From Cyanophora paradoxa CCMP329 (lineage: Eukaryota; Plantae; Glaucophyta), in NCBI GenBank assembly GCA_004431415.1, contig QPMI01000010.1, forward strand, positions 62,001 to 126,000: 64,000 bases of DNA, in the 5' to 3' direction. Made by a program: the position numbers and the translations under genes. This document shows, piece by piece, positions 11,412 to 23,851 of this stretch. Numbering within the stretch: position 1 is the stretch's first letter; each line of letters begins with the position of its first letter. Below the pieces are notes generated by a model, which worked only from the letters and a program-made list of their open reading frames with translations, ran no database searches and was not told where the DNA came from.

Positions 11412-14400
11412 TCATTGCTGGAGGGGCGGCCGTGGAGGCGGGGGCGGGGGCGGGCGCCGCGCGAACACGGCCCGGACGGCTGCCCCCGCCTCCCACTCGC
11501 CGTCGTCTTCGAGCGCGAACCGCACCGCGACCTCGGGGCGCAGGCCGGCGCAGAGGGCCTGGGCAGGGGCACGAAGGACCGTCAAGGCTCAGCTTGAGCT
11601 CAGGCTTAAGGAAGGGCAGGTGGGCCGGATCTTGATTATACAAGCTTAAGTGTGCCCAGCTTAAGCTTATATTAGGCCCGCGCAGAGGGCCTTATTAGCG
11701 CCGCGGTCGCGCGCGGTCATCGTTGACGTTAACGTTAACGTTAACGTTGGCCAAGGGAGGGGGAGCTCGAGGGGCAGGAAGGTTTTATATATAATTAGCT
11801 ACCTCGTAGGGGCGGACGGGCACCACGCAGGGGCCCGCCCCGAAGTGGCTGACGTCGCACTCCAGGTGGAGTACCCCTAGGGAGGGGAGCGCCGCGACCG
11901 CCTGGGCGACGGCCTCGTCGAGCGGGCGCTCGTGCGTGACCGATAGGAACAGCTCGGCGAGGGCCCGCCGCGCGCCGTCGCTCTCGAGGAGCGCGACTGC
12001 GTCCTCGGGGCTCTCGTCTGCACAAACGTTAAGTTAACGAAACGACAGCGATCATGAGTGATCACGAGTGAGCAACAGAGCTAGGACTCCTAGGCCTTGA
12101 GGTCTGCGCATGTGCCCGATCCAAAGACTTATATATGTCATTAAAGCCCTTATATATGGACTGATGTCATTAAAGCCCTTATATATGGACTGATGTCATT
12201 AAAGCCCTTATATATGGACTGATGTCCTAGTCTGTTGCTAGGGCTCGCAGGCCTAGGGCAGGCCTAGGGACTAGAGCAAATTCGGACTCGCAGGCCTAGG
12301 GCAGGGCATGCGCATGCGCAGGCCAGGGCCGGGCGGGGCCGGGCGGGGCGTAGTTTAAGCGAGCGACGGACTACTAGAACAGTTCGACGGCCGCGGACTA
12401 GTTCGTATACGTAGGCCATGCCGGATTAAAACATTCGGGCTGCAGCTGGCCATGGCAGGCCTATCGTATGGCAGGGCAGGGCGGGGCGGGGCGGGGCAGC
12501 TGCAGGGCGGGGTTTGGTTCGCGTGCACGTACGTATGAAGCGCAGCCCGAGCCTCTCCAGGCGTGGCAGGCTCGAGATGGCCTCGGCCAGGGCGCGCGCG
12601 AAGTCCCTGTTCCGGGAGGGCATGACGCGAATTCGAAGGAACGCCTCGCGCAGGCCCGGCAGGCTTCCGAAGGCCCGCCGCACGGCCGAGGGCGAGTTCT
12701 CCTCTGCGCGAAGCTGCGAGATGCATATATATGATATATATGATCATGATCGATGCACACATGTACATGCCAGCGCGCACCCGCGGCCGGGACCTCTAGC
12801 TATAGCTATAGATCTCGCGTGCAGGCTTCTATAGCTAGAGGACGAGGCTGGAGGGGAGAAAGGCATGCGCAGTGGAGATGTACGCTTATATACAGCTAGT
12901 CCTTCTCCGCGGCCGCACCCGGCCCGCAGCGGCTTGATTGACTCTAATTTATAGATGCGAGGCTTTAATAATGTCATAAGGGCTTTAATGACATCAGTCC
13001 ATATATAAGGGCTTTAATGACATATATAAGTTTTTGGATCGGGCACATGCGCAGACCTCAAGGCCTAGGAGGCCTAGGTAGAGAGGCTGAACGGTGGACT
13101 CTAATTCCATAAGGGCGAGGCTTTAAAATCACATAAGGGCTTTAATGACATATATAAGTCTTCGGATCGGGCGCATGTACAGACCTCGAGGGGGCGGATG
13201 GACTCGAGGCGCGGCATGCGGCCGAGGGCGACGAGGCCGCCGTCGGAGATCTTGACGCCCAAGTCGTGCGGGTGCACGGGGTGGTCCGCGCGCGCCCGCG
13301 CCGCGTCCTTGGACCTGCGTTGCGCGCCGTTTAAGCGATTATTATAAGGCCGAATGTGAATGATATATATCGATGCAGGCTTAAATTAAACCTAGCGTCG
13401 TCGCGATCGATGCAAATGCGAATAAAAACATCTGTAATTTGAAGTTACTGCAACGCACTCGCACGTCGCCATCAGCACAGCCAGCAGGCTTAAGCTTAAG
13501 CTTAGGCCCAGGGCCTAGCGTCTTCAATGCAAATGCAAACAAAAACATCTATTATATCAAGCTTAAGTTCGTATTACGGATACGCACTCGCACGTCGCCA
13601 TCAGCACAGCCAGCTTGATGACGAACTCGATGGACTGGAGGCTCTGGCCCGCGGGTCCATCGGCGAGCGCTACGACGCCGTCGCTGACATCCGGAGCCCC
13701 GAACGTCGAGAATATCACGGCGAGCTGCTGGAGATGCGCGAGGGGGGCGAAGGCCGCCAGGACCGCCTCGTCGCGCGCGAGCAGCCGGACGGACCGCAGG
13801 AGCGGGCACGCCCCAGCGATGGCCTCCGCTGCCTCTGGCTGGGCGCCCTTGTCGTAGACTCCGAAGAACAGGGAGAGGGAGCGCAGCTGGGCGAAGGGGG
13901 CGAGGGCGGCACGGAGATCGGCGGGGGCAGGCCACGGTCGCGTCTTGGAGCGCATCTCCTCGAGCCCCTCGCCAAATGTCACGCCGAACTCTTTGAACAG
14001 CCCGCTGTTGAAGCTGACGCTCAGGCTCTCCAGGGAGCTGCTCGCCGCTCCCTCGGCTGGCTGCAGCGCCGACAAGACTCCGAGCAGGTAGGAGCGAAGG
14101 AAGTCCTTGTCGACTTGTCTGGCAGCTATGATAGCGAGCTCCCGATCGTCGACGTCGTCGGAGATGTCTTGCATGTCCCTCATCAGCTCGATGGACACCT
14201 CGCGCGGCTGAGACGGGCCGCTGTGGCTGCGCGCGATGGCGCGCAGAAGGCCGCACGCCGCTTCTACCCTGCGTCGGTGGATCTGGTGCGCTGCAGCCAC
14301 GCTCCTCCCGTCGTTTCGGTCGAACGCGACGAGCCGCGAGAGCTCCGGCCTGAGCGAGACGCTGGCGCCCGCGCTGAGCCGCAGCCTCCGCCTCTCGAAG

Positions 14401-17400
14401 AGCGCCGAAAGTACGTCGTACGCGCTCTCGTCGCCCTGCTCGCTGGCCTCGTGCGCCGCTGCTCGGGACATGTCCACGTCCGCCGCCTTGATCCGCAGCT
14501 CGAAGCTCGCCCACTCCATCTCCTCCACCACCCGCCGCCACCGCCTGCGCCCAACGTTAGCTACGATCGCGAAGAGCAGCGCGACAGGCCGGAAGAGAGG
14601 CGGACCCGCAGACGCGGCGCAGGGGCCAGCTCGCCCGCGGGCCGAGCGCCTTGAAGACGCCGCTGAGAACGGCGTCCGGCACGTCGTCGAACGCCCCGGG
14701 CCCGTGCTGCTCCGAGGGCGAGGATCCGGGCGGGGCCGCGGCCTTCGACTTCTTGAAGCTGAGCTTGGACTCGTAGTACGCGATCACCTTCATGGCGTCC
14801 TCCTGCGCAAGCGAAGGTCCCATCATTAAAATACGTTAACGCTGATTAAATGATGGCGCCAACGTCGAAGCTAAGAATCAAATGATGGCGCCAACGTTAA
14901 CGCTAATCAAATGATGGCGCCAACGTCGAAGCTAAGAATCAAATGAAGGCATGGCGCCAACTTGAACGCCAATCAAATGATCATGATGGCGCCAACGTTA
15001 ACGCCGCACCTCAGCCACGTCGCGGGAGGCCATCGTCGCTCTGGCGACGGAGCCGTCCGGGTGGCGGCGGCTGACGACGAGGTAGACGCCGCCGTCGGCG
15101 CCCTTCCGCGCCGTGAGGACCTCCGCGAGGCTCGACTGCTTCAGAAGCTCCTGCGCGCGCGCGTCGGTGCCGGCGAGTTAGCTCAGCTCAGCCCCCACAG
15201 CGGTCTGAAGCGATCGCGAAGTGGGCGCTCGCGTGTAAACTAAATGCGCACCGGGTCAGTTGCCGCTCCGTCGAACGTCCCTTTGGGCGTAGACGCCCGA
15301 AAGTGGAGCCTGGACTCGTAGTACGCGACCACTTTCAGCGGGTCCTCCTGCGTGCACGGACCCTCTGGATAAGCAAACGGCGACGCGGAAGCGTCCGCGT
15401 GTGGCTCAGCAGGCCAGTCTAATCTCCTAGAGATTAGACGAATTAGATAGAGATAAATTAGCTAGAAACAGTTAGAAACAGCTAGGTCCTCGCCTTGAAA
15501 CAGTTAGAAACAGCTAGAAACAGCTAGGGTCCTCCTGCGCGCAGGCCTTAGGAAAAGGTAACGGCGACGCGGGAGCTTTTAGATCTGCGTGTGGCTGTAC
15601 ATGTGCACCTGCGCCACGTCGCGGGAGGACATGCTGATCCTGCGGACGGAGCCGTCCGGCTGCTCGTAGCTGACGACGAGGTCGATGCCGCCCTCCGGGC
15701 TCGAGCCCCGCTGGGCCGTGAAGATCTGCACGACCCTCGACTGCTTCGGAGGCTTCGGATCCTGCTGCGCCTGAATACGTATACGTAAGCCCATACATAA
15801 GCCCATACATTGGGTGTACATGTAGTCCCCGCACCTCTTCAGCTTGCGTATGCATGTCGTCGGATTCGCCAAGGCTCGGCGCTTGCGGCTCCGAGGGCTG
15901 CTTTGGAGGCTTCGAGTCGTAAGACCACACATCAGTTGCGAGCGGCGCTCGCGACCGGGTGTGGTTCCTCGGGCCCGCACCTCTTCGGCTTGCATGTCGT
16001 CGGATTCTTCAAGACCTGCAGCTGGTCCTTGCGGCTCCGGCTCTGGATCCGGAGGCGCGGACGGAGCCGACGCCGACGCCGGAGGCTGCGCCCGCGACTG
16101 TATATTACGTAAGCCCATACATTAGCCAAGTTATATTAGTTATCCCAAGTTATATTTCAATTTTACTTAATTAAAAAGCAAAATACAGAAGCCCAAACAT
16201 TGGGTGCAGTTCCCGCACCTCTTCAGCTTGCTTATGCATCTCGTCGGATTCTTCAAGGCCTGGTGCTTGCGGCTCCGGCTCCGGCTCCGGCTCCGGAGGC
16301 GCGGACGGAGCCGATGCTGCCGTCTTCGACTTCTTGAAGCTGAGCCTGGACTCGTAGAACGCGATCAATTTTAAGGGGTCCTCCTGCGCGGACGCCTCGC
16401 GATCAGAAAACGGCGCCAAGAGCTCGCGGAGAGATAGCCTAAGGTCGCTTAGGTGTGGCGGTAGAGTTAAGACTCTGCCCTGTCGGGCAAGACCCAAGAG
16501 CCCAATTTTGAGCAGAGCCGCACCTTAGCGACGTCACGGGAGGCCATTGCCGCCCAGCCGACCGAGCCGTCCGGGTGGCGCCGCTTGACGACGAGCCCGG
16601 CGCCGCCGCCCTCCGAGCCGTCCCGCGCAGTGAGGATCTCCGCGATCGTCGACCGCTTCAGAAGCTCCTGCGCTCACGATCAGTCTCTTCGCTTGTACCC
16701 GTGAAGAAGTCTATGGCGGATTCCCGCACCTGGTCCTCTCGGCTCAACGGGTCGGTCTGGCTCGCGATGGAGACGCGTACGCGCCGGCTGCTTGACTCGG
16801 CGGCTCCAGCGTGGGCTGCGTGGGCTGCGCACTCGCCGCCCCGAGCCGCGCCGCGCGCGGGCTTCCCGCCGGCCCGCGCCCCGCCCTCGCCGATCGGGTC
16901 GCCCGCCGCCGACGTCCTTCCCGCCGCTGCACGTTGGCTGGCCGCGTCGGCTGCGCCCTCGCCGCCCCTAGCCTCGCGGAGCGCCGGCTTCCCGCCGGCC
17001 CGCGCCCCGCCTTCGCCGATCGGGTCGCCCGCCGCCGACGTCCTTCCCGCCGCTGCACGTTGGCTGGCCGCGTCGGCTGCGCCCTCGCCGGCCCGAGCCA
17101 CGCGGAGCGCCGGCTTCCCGCCGGCCCGCGCCCCGCCTTCGCCGATCGGGTCGCCCGCCGCCGACGTCCCTCCCGCCGCTGCACGTTGGCTGACCGCGTC
17201 GGCTGCGCTCGGGGCGGCGCGGAGCGCGGGCTTCCCGCCGGCCCGCGCCCCACCCTCGCCGATCGGGTCGCCCGCCGCCGCCGCCCCTCCCTCCGTCCGA
17301 CCCTCCGGCCCCTCTGGCCCCGCCACGCTGCTCCCCCGCTCGTACGACTCGCTCAGCTGCGTCCGCCGTCAAGCAAGTCGCGCCGCCGCGCCTCCAGCTA

Positions 17401-18173
17401 CAAAGAAATTGCAAGGCTCTCACCTGGCCCACGTTCGCAACTTGCGCAGCATTCGGTTTGGCCGCCGCGCCCGCCCCCGCAGCCACCACCGCCGCCGTCG
17501 CCGGCGCTGCCGTCGCCGCCTCCGCCGCCGCTGCCGTCGCTGCTGGCGCCGCCGGTAGCTGCGGGCTTGCCGAAGGGGCCTGCGCGGCCGCGGCCGTCGC
17601 CGCCGCCGCCGCCGGTAGCTGCGAGCTTGCCGAAGCGGCCTGCGCGGCCGCGGCCGTCGTCGCCGCCGCCGCCGGTAGCGGCGAGCTTGTCGAGGCGGCC
17701 TGCGCGGCCGCGGCCGCGGCCGCCTGGGCGCGGGCCCTCGCCTTGAGCGAGCGGAGGCCGCCGCCGGCACCAGCGGCCGCGGCGGCGGCGGGCGGCGCGG
17801 CGGGGGCGGAGAGCGCGGCGGGGAGATTGGGGGCGGTGCGGAAGGCGCCGAACTGCACGGCGGGCGGGTCGGAGGCTGGTGGCAGCGCAGGCGCTGTCGG
17901 TGCCGGCGCCGAGGCCGGGACCGGGCTGGGGGCGACCGGAGCGGGCGTGATCCCCTCGCCGCGCTGCTGCGCAATCGCGTCCGCCGCTGGTACGCCACTG
18001 GCCGCGCCCGCATCTGTTGCGGCCCCGCGAATCCGCTTGTTACTTCGGCTGGCATCGAGCTCGCCCACCGCCCTCTCCCCGCGACCCCTCTGCGCGGAAA
18101 CGACGATAAGCGATGCGAATGAGCAATCGCGCATGCTCGCGTATCGCGCCTGAGCCTCTCCGCCGGGAAACAT
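11412..18173 (-). CDS. Chimeric gene: low-complexity N-terminus + 3 chromo-shadow-like domains + F-box + LRR-like region
   Basis: Three repeats ending EDPLKLIAFYESRLSF / EDPLKVVAYYESRLHF / EDAMKVIAYYESKLSF; F-box FDDVPDAVLSGVFKALGPRASWPLRRVCGRWRRVV; LRR-like LRSLSL, CPLLRSVRL, LPRLERLGL; paralog at 54080-56273. Confidence 0.75.
12083..13078. repeat. Intronic inverted repeat pair (~100 bp) including 29-bp tandem units
   Basis: 12083-12200 is the reverse complement of ~12975-13078 (cctaggccttgaggtctgcgcatgtgcccgatccaaa..cttatatatgtcattaaagccc). Confidence 0.85.
14848..15005. repeat. Intronic minisatellite, ~30-bp unit
   Basis: About 5 copies of aaatgatggcgccaacgt(cgaag/taacg)cta. Confidence 0.85.
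16850..17280 (-). repeat. Coding tandem repeat, ~126-bp (42-aa) unit, ~3.5 copies
   Basis: AAAGRTSAAGDPIGEGGARAGGKPALR..GEGAADAASQR repeated. Confidence 0.9.
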
Positions 18174-18450
18174 TGTCGACTCCAGCTGCAGGTCCAGGTG
18201 CAACCTCGCGATCCAACCCTACAGCCGGCGGAGACGCGCGGAAACCTTATGTAGCTAGCAGCGTGCTCGTGGTTCGCGGCCCATCGACCGCCGACTTTCA
18301 GGTGTCGGGAATGGGCTGCCGCTGCGAAGAAAGGAAGCGCAGGGTCCCGCGGAATGTCGATCGCGAGTGCTCTGCGACAACTGCGGTCTCCTGGAAGGCA
18401 GCCGGCGCGGCGCTGGGCTGTATACGTCTATCGTTGGGAGACAGCTGCAG

Positions 18451-18950
18451 GAATTCGCATACCCGGCAAGTCATGCCGCGGCATTGCCGCCGCTTGCCGC
18501 GCATAGGCGCTCTTGTTAGCGTCGCTGACGGCGTCGCAGACCCAGGAGGGTGGGTTCGGCCCGCCGGCTGGTGTTTCTGGCAGCTCACTCGCCCCGCCGC
18601 CCTCGCAGCGCGCGCGGAGCCGGAGATGCGCGACCAAGCGACCGGCCGCTCGTAGACGTAAGTGGCGGGCCCGCGGCGCGCGTGGCGGCAGTCAAGAACC
18701 CCGAGGACGATGCCGAGGCCCACGCGGCTTTCGCGGAGGGCGAGCGGCTCTTCTACGCCGAGCGGCTCGAGGAGGCGCTCGCGTTCTTCGCGCGCGTGCC
18801 ACACGGACACAGGCGCTACGTTGGTGCGCAGTGCTCTCCGCATCGTGCAGCACTTCCGGTCCGCGCCGAGCCCACGCCTGACGCCCGCCGCCGTGCCCGC
18901 AGACGCACTCTGGTACCAGGCGTGCACGTACGTGGGATTCCGGCGGGACG
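18451..18950 (+). pseudogene. Truncated, degenerate duplicate of the 5' part of the TPR-GT41 gene
   Basis: High similarity to 56372-56995 (EAHAAFAEGERLFYAERLEEALAFFARVPHGHRR; ADALWYQACTYVGFRRD); internal deletion and no downstream exons. Confidence 0.8.
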
Positions 18951-19678
18951 ATCTCCCCGCCTGACGGCCCGCGGCCGCGACTGCGCCGAAGCCCCCACCT
19001 GACGCCCCCGGTTCGCCCCCGCCCCCTCTGCTCTCTCGAGCTCGGGCGCCCCGCGCGCCCCTCCGTGTGCCGCGGGGCCCGTCCGTGGCTGAGCAGCGGG
19101 CGCGCGCCGGCGCTCACAGGCTAAACCGAGCCTCGAAGGGAGAACGACTAGCGCGAAAAGCTTTCAAACGCGCCTCCGCCGCCGATCACGGTGCCACTCG
19201 CTGCGCGCCCCTCGCCATTCGCTCCGCGTTTTCCGTACCCCTTGCTCCGCCCAGCTCGCTGTACCCCCGCAGACTCGCGCGATGTTCCCCTCCCAACGCC
19301 CTTCTCGTTCCTCTCCGCGCCCCTGTACCCCCTGCCCCCTTTCCCCCCCTCCCAACGCCCCTCTCGCTTCTTTTCGGGAGGTTTCGGAAGTCTGAAGTGT
19401 ACTGTCAAGGCGAGGAGTTGTAATTAATCAAGAAATACGAACGTCTACTAGCTGATGTACCAACGAAATACTATGATTACGAGTGAGCAGGCATTAATAT
19501 TGAGTTACTAGTTATGGCGCTTATCGAGCATCGAATCGGGGGCGACCTATTGAAAGTGAAGATAAGCTACAGGAATAGGAATTTGAAGGAGGTGCTAGCG
19601 CTAGCAGGCGGGGCCCCCGCGCTAGGGGCCCCGCCCCATTCTTTCTTTCACTCAGTCAGCTTGAGCCACGATATCGAA

Positions 19679-20908
19679 TCACGTGGCGGAAACCGCGGGC
19701 TCTGTTTCTATGGCAAGCACGGATATCGCCGGGCGCTCGGCCCGCCGGGCCTCCTCCTCCTCCTCCCCCCCCTTCGTTCGCTCCGCCCCGACCTCGGCGG
19801 CGGCGGCCGCCGCGGCGGCCGCCGCCACCCGCGCCGCCCGCACATCGCTGAGTGAGGGGGCACCGCCGCCTCAGCAAAGGAAAAGGCGGAGGGAGAAGGA
19901 AGGAAGGAAAGCGCACCGGGCCCGGAAAGGGGATCGGCACATGGGGCAGAGGCGGCTGTACGGCGCCTCCGGGACCTGCAGCCCGGCGGGGGGCAGCCTC
20001 CTGAGGCAGGGGAGGCACAGGACGTGCCTGGGGGTACGATGAGACGCGTAGGAAGGGGAGGGGGGTACGGCTCGCACCCGCAGGGGAGGAGGGAGGCGGG
20101 GCGGCTCTCGGGTACGCTGTAGAGCTCGAAGCAGATGGGGCACGTGACGGCGGGGTCGATCTCGCCCCTCTCCGGCACGGGGGTACTCAAAATCGGCGTC
20201 CGGGGCGCCGCTACGGCGAGGGGGGGAGGCCGCTCCGGAGGGTACGTGTCCTCGCACTCCTCGGGTACGACGAACTCAGGCTCGAACTGGTACTCGATTC
20301 GGTCGAGGTCGAAGGAGTCTCGCTCTGGTACGAGTTGCCCGTCGTACCTGCGCGGACAAATTAGCGCCGGGTACCGAGAAAAGGGCGGGGGGTACGAACA
20401 CGACGACATCCAGCGCGTCGAAGTCGTCCTGCGGGGTACGGCGTCAGGGGACGGTACGCCCGGGGTAGGCGGTGGTCGAAGGACCTCGGGGGGTATGCTG
20501 GGGATCGGCCGGCGCCCGCGGGCGATGCTTCGCCGCGGGCTGCGGTGGACGGAGCGGCGCCGAGCGAACAGGAGGCGTCGCCGGCAGAGCCAGGCCAATA
20601 CAGCGAGAATGACGAATATGACGATCATGACCTGAAGCAGCGCATCCGCATCCGGTCAGAGCCCGGGCGCGCAACCGGGCCGGGCGGGCGCCCTGTACGG
20701 TCGCAAGCACGCACGCACCCCGATGATCGTGCTCTGAACTATCATCCCCCGGGTAACGGCGTCCTGCAGGAGAACCCGCCCTGCCCAACGTGCCGTCAAG
20801 ATGACGTTCGCACCGCTGGAGCGCCCGGGCGCAGCGGGTCGGCAGCGCGGACACATGCGCCCGTACCTCCGGCCACCCGGGGCGAAGGGGACGACTCCGG
20901 CGAGCCAT
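19679..20908 (-). CDS. Single-pass membrane RING-HC E3 ligase
   Basis: TM VMIVIFVILAVLAWLC followed by RRR; spliced RING CPICFELY...LLPCG|HVLCLPCL...CPMCR; start uncertain. Confidence 0.8.
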
Positions 20909-21482
20909 GTTCCGGGCAAGGAGATGCTTGATGATTGTGGACTAACTCCAGCATGGCCGCACGGCCGCCCGGCGCGGCCTAGCTGCTCGTGGAGGATCAG
21001 ACCAGCAGCGACCGGACCGGCGGGACCCCTGCAACGCACCGGGATCTCCAAAGCAGTCAGAGCGCTGCGCCGGTGCCCTCCTACATGCAAGCTCAGAGCA
21101 TGAACCGCCCAGAGGTTTGGGGGTGGGGGGGTCGGAGCCTCGGCCGGGAGCCTCTGGGCATGGGTACACGCACGATGCAGGCCTTCGCCACCGTCACACC
21201 GGCGACCGCGGCTCAGCTGCAGCCGATCACACTCGAGCTTGGGAATGTGTATCGGGCGTGCCCGCTTCGACCGACAGCATCGCGCCGCCGACACGCGGAT
21301 CGGTGCTTGCGATTGAGGCCGGGCTGGCTCCACGGACGCACAATCTCCTGGTGCGTGAGGAGGCCTGCCGCGCAGCATGGTACGATCCCGCACGCCCGCC
21401 TCGCGCGGCGCGAGTTGTAAGAATCTGATCCGAGGCCCTAGGCGCGGCGCGCGCTGCAGTCGAGGCGGCACAGAGGCCCGCT

Positions 21483-23851
21483 ATGCCTCCAGATACGCTC
21501 GAACAGGTGCGTACGCGGCCACTCCCCTCGCAGCCCTGGCCGCGGGTCGCACGACTTTCGGGATCCCGGAGTCCAGATTCGAGTGCGGCGCACCTCGAGC
21601 TCACGCGCGGCCGCGTGCAGAACAACAGGACGATCGCCTTCTTCGGCGACGAGGGATTCGATCGCATCCGCAGCGCCTTCGTCGTCGTCGTCGGGCTCGG
21701 CGGGGTCGGCAGCCACTCGGTCCGCCCCCGCCTCGCCTCGGCACCAGCGCCCCGCGCCTCTCTCCGACGCCCGACGCCGCGGCAGGCGCTCATGCTCGCG
21801 CGTTCGGGGGTAGAACGCCTCCGCCTCGTCGATTTCGACACCGTGACGCAGGCGGGCGGCGGGCCCGGGCCTCAAGCTAATGATAAGATCTAATTTAGCT
21901 CAAGATCAAAAGCTTGCCCGCAGATTCGAACCTTGAGCTTAAGCTCGCCCGCTGACCGCTCGCTCGCTCCCCGCAGAGCTCCCTCAACCGGCACGCCTGC
22001 GCCACCCGCGCCGACCTTGGCCGGCCCAAGGCCGAGGCGCGCCGTACCCCCCGCGGCTCGTCCCCCCCCCCCAAGTTTGATCGGCGTACCCCTGCAGGTC
22101 ATGCGGGACTTCATCGCTGCGTTCGCACCCGAGGCAGAGATCGAAGCCTTCTCGGGGATGGTGCCGTACCCCTCCTCCCTGCCTTCCCCGCCTCGAATTC
22201 TTTCCGGCCGCGGGGTACGCTGACTCCGATTTCGGTCCGGCCGCAGTTCACGCCAGAGACGGTGGATGCGGTCCTCGGGGGGCGGCCCGACTACGTCGTG
22301 GGTGAGGGCGCCGTGCCCCCCTTCGAGCTTCCATCCCCCCTTGCCTCCGAGCGCGCGTACCCCCCATGCAGACAACATCGACAACAAGGCGACGAAGCTC
22401 CTTCTGCTCAAGAGCTGCGTGGAGCGCGGTATCCCCGTAGTCTCCAGGTGCGGGGCGGGGACAGCTGCAGGCAGGGGTACGTCTTCTCAGCTTCGTTCGC
22501 AGCATGGGGGCCGGGGGACAGGCGGACCCGACGCGCGTGCGGATAGGCGACATCGTCGACGCCCGGGGCCCCCTCGTGCGCTGTACCCCCGTTCGTGGCG
22601 CCGCGCCCCCTCCTCGCTCGTTAATTCCGTACCGCCCGACAGGCCATGAACATCCGGAAGGGCCTGAGGAAGATGGGGGTCGAGGGCGGCTTCAAGAGTG
22701 CGCTGTACCCCCCCCCCGCCGGGAGCTGGTCGGGGTACGGGGGCGCTGGCCGTTGACCCGTCTTTCGCCGCAGCGGTTTTCTGCTCTGAGCCGCCGCGCG
22801 CGCGTCTCATCCGCGCCCCGCGCCCGGGCGAGGGAGAAGGGGAGGGGGAGGAGCAGGGTCCCGAGACGGCTCCGTCGGGATCCGAACCCGCGGCCGCGGC
22901 GGACCCGTACAAGTTCCGAGTCGGCATCCTACCCGTCGTCGGCTTCATGCCAGCGGTCCGTAACCCTCCCTTCTCTCCGGTACCCCCCTCCCTCTCATTT
23001 CTGTACCCCCTCAGATCTTCGGGAACGCCTGCGCAAGCGTGGTGTTGACTGACCTCGGGGGCGTACCCCTGGACCCCGCCCCTGTCGAGCGCGGCCGCCG
23101 CGACCGTGCGCCCCGCCCTGTACCCCCATACCCACCCTCTCTCCCCCCCTCTAATCTCAATAACAGTGTACGCCCGGTCTCTGGAGAGGCTCGAGAAGGC
23201 GGGGCTCGTCGCCCCCGGATCCTCTACCCCCTACACGGCGTGCGTTTGAATCTCGTACCCCCGCCTCACCCTCTCCTCCCGACGATGCGCTGCCGCAGGC
23301 GCCGCCTACCCGCCGCGGACCCCGCCCCCGGGAGCTCCATCCCGCCCCCGCACGCCGACATCGACGGTATACCCCCCTCCGCCCCTCTTCCTCGGTTACA
23401 GTACCCCCGACCTTCGTAACCCCGTACCCCCCACCCCCAGACGTGGAGTACATGGTGGAGCAGATCTGGGGCGGTCGCTCCGCCGTCTCCGGTCCGCCGT
23501 ACTCCCCCCCCCCCCCCCCCCTAGACTCCTTCACCCCCAACCGCGAGCCGCGCCGCGCAGGGACGACGTCGCGGCTGTCCCTGTGCCGGTGGGACGCCCG
23601 GCGGCCCTTCGGCCCCCGCAACTGCGTCCTGCTCTCCCGCCCCGAAGCCAAGCGCCACGAGGCCGCAGGCGCGCGCGCTCCTATATATATCCACGTCCTC
23701 TTCTCCTTGTCTGACCGTACCCCTCGCAGCCTCCCCTGGGGACCTGTACGCCCCGGACTTCGCGGCGGGAGTGGAGGCGCGGCTCGCGCGGGCCGAGGAC
23801 CGCGGCTTCTCCCTCGCCTTCCCCAACGAGGCCGCCTACGCCGACCCGTAG
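21483..23851 (+). CDS. tcdA: tRNA threonylcarbamoyladenosine dehydratase (TcdA/TCD1-2, ThiF family)
   Basis: FFGDEGFDRIRSAFVVVVGLGGVGSH, LRLVDFD, SSLNRHACAT, NIDNKATK, SMGAGGQADPTRVRIGDI, FRVGILPVVGFMPAIFG. Confidence 0.92.

Noticed and set aside
13527-14654. 375-aa plus-strand ORF (likewise 48252-49841 minus and many others)
   Set aside because: Antisense shadows of real genes in very GC-rich coding DNA; no motifs.
14848-15005. CRISPR-like ~30-bp repeats (also 12137-12226)
   Set aside because: Head-to-tail minisatellites without unique spacers, inside eukaryotic introns; no cas genes.
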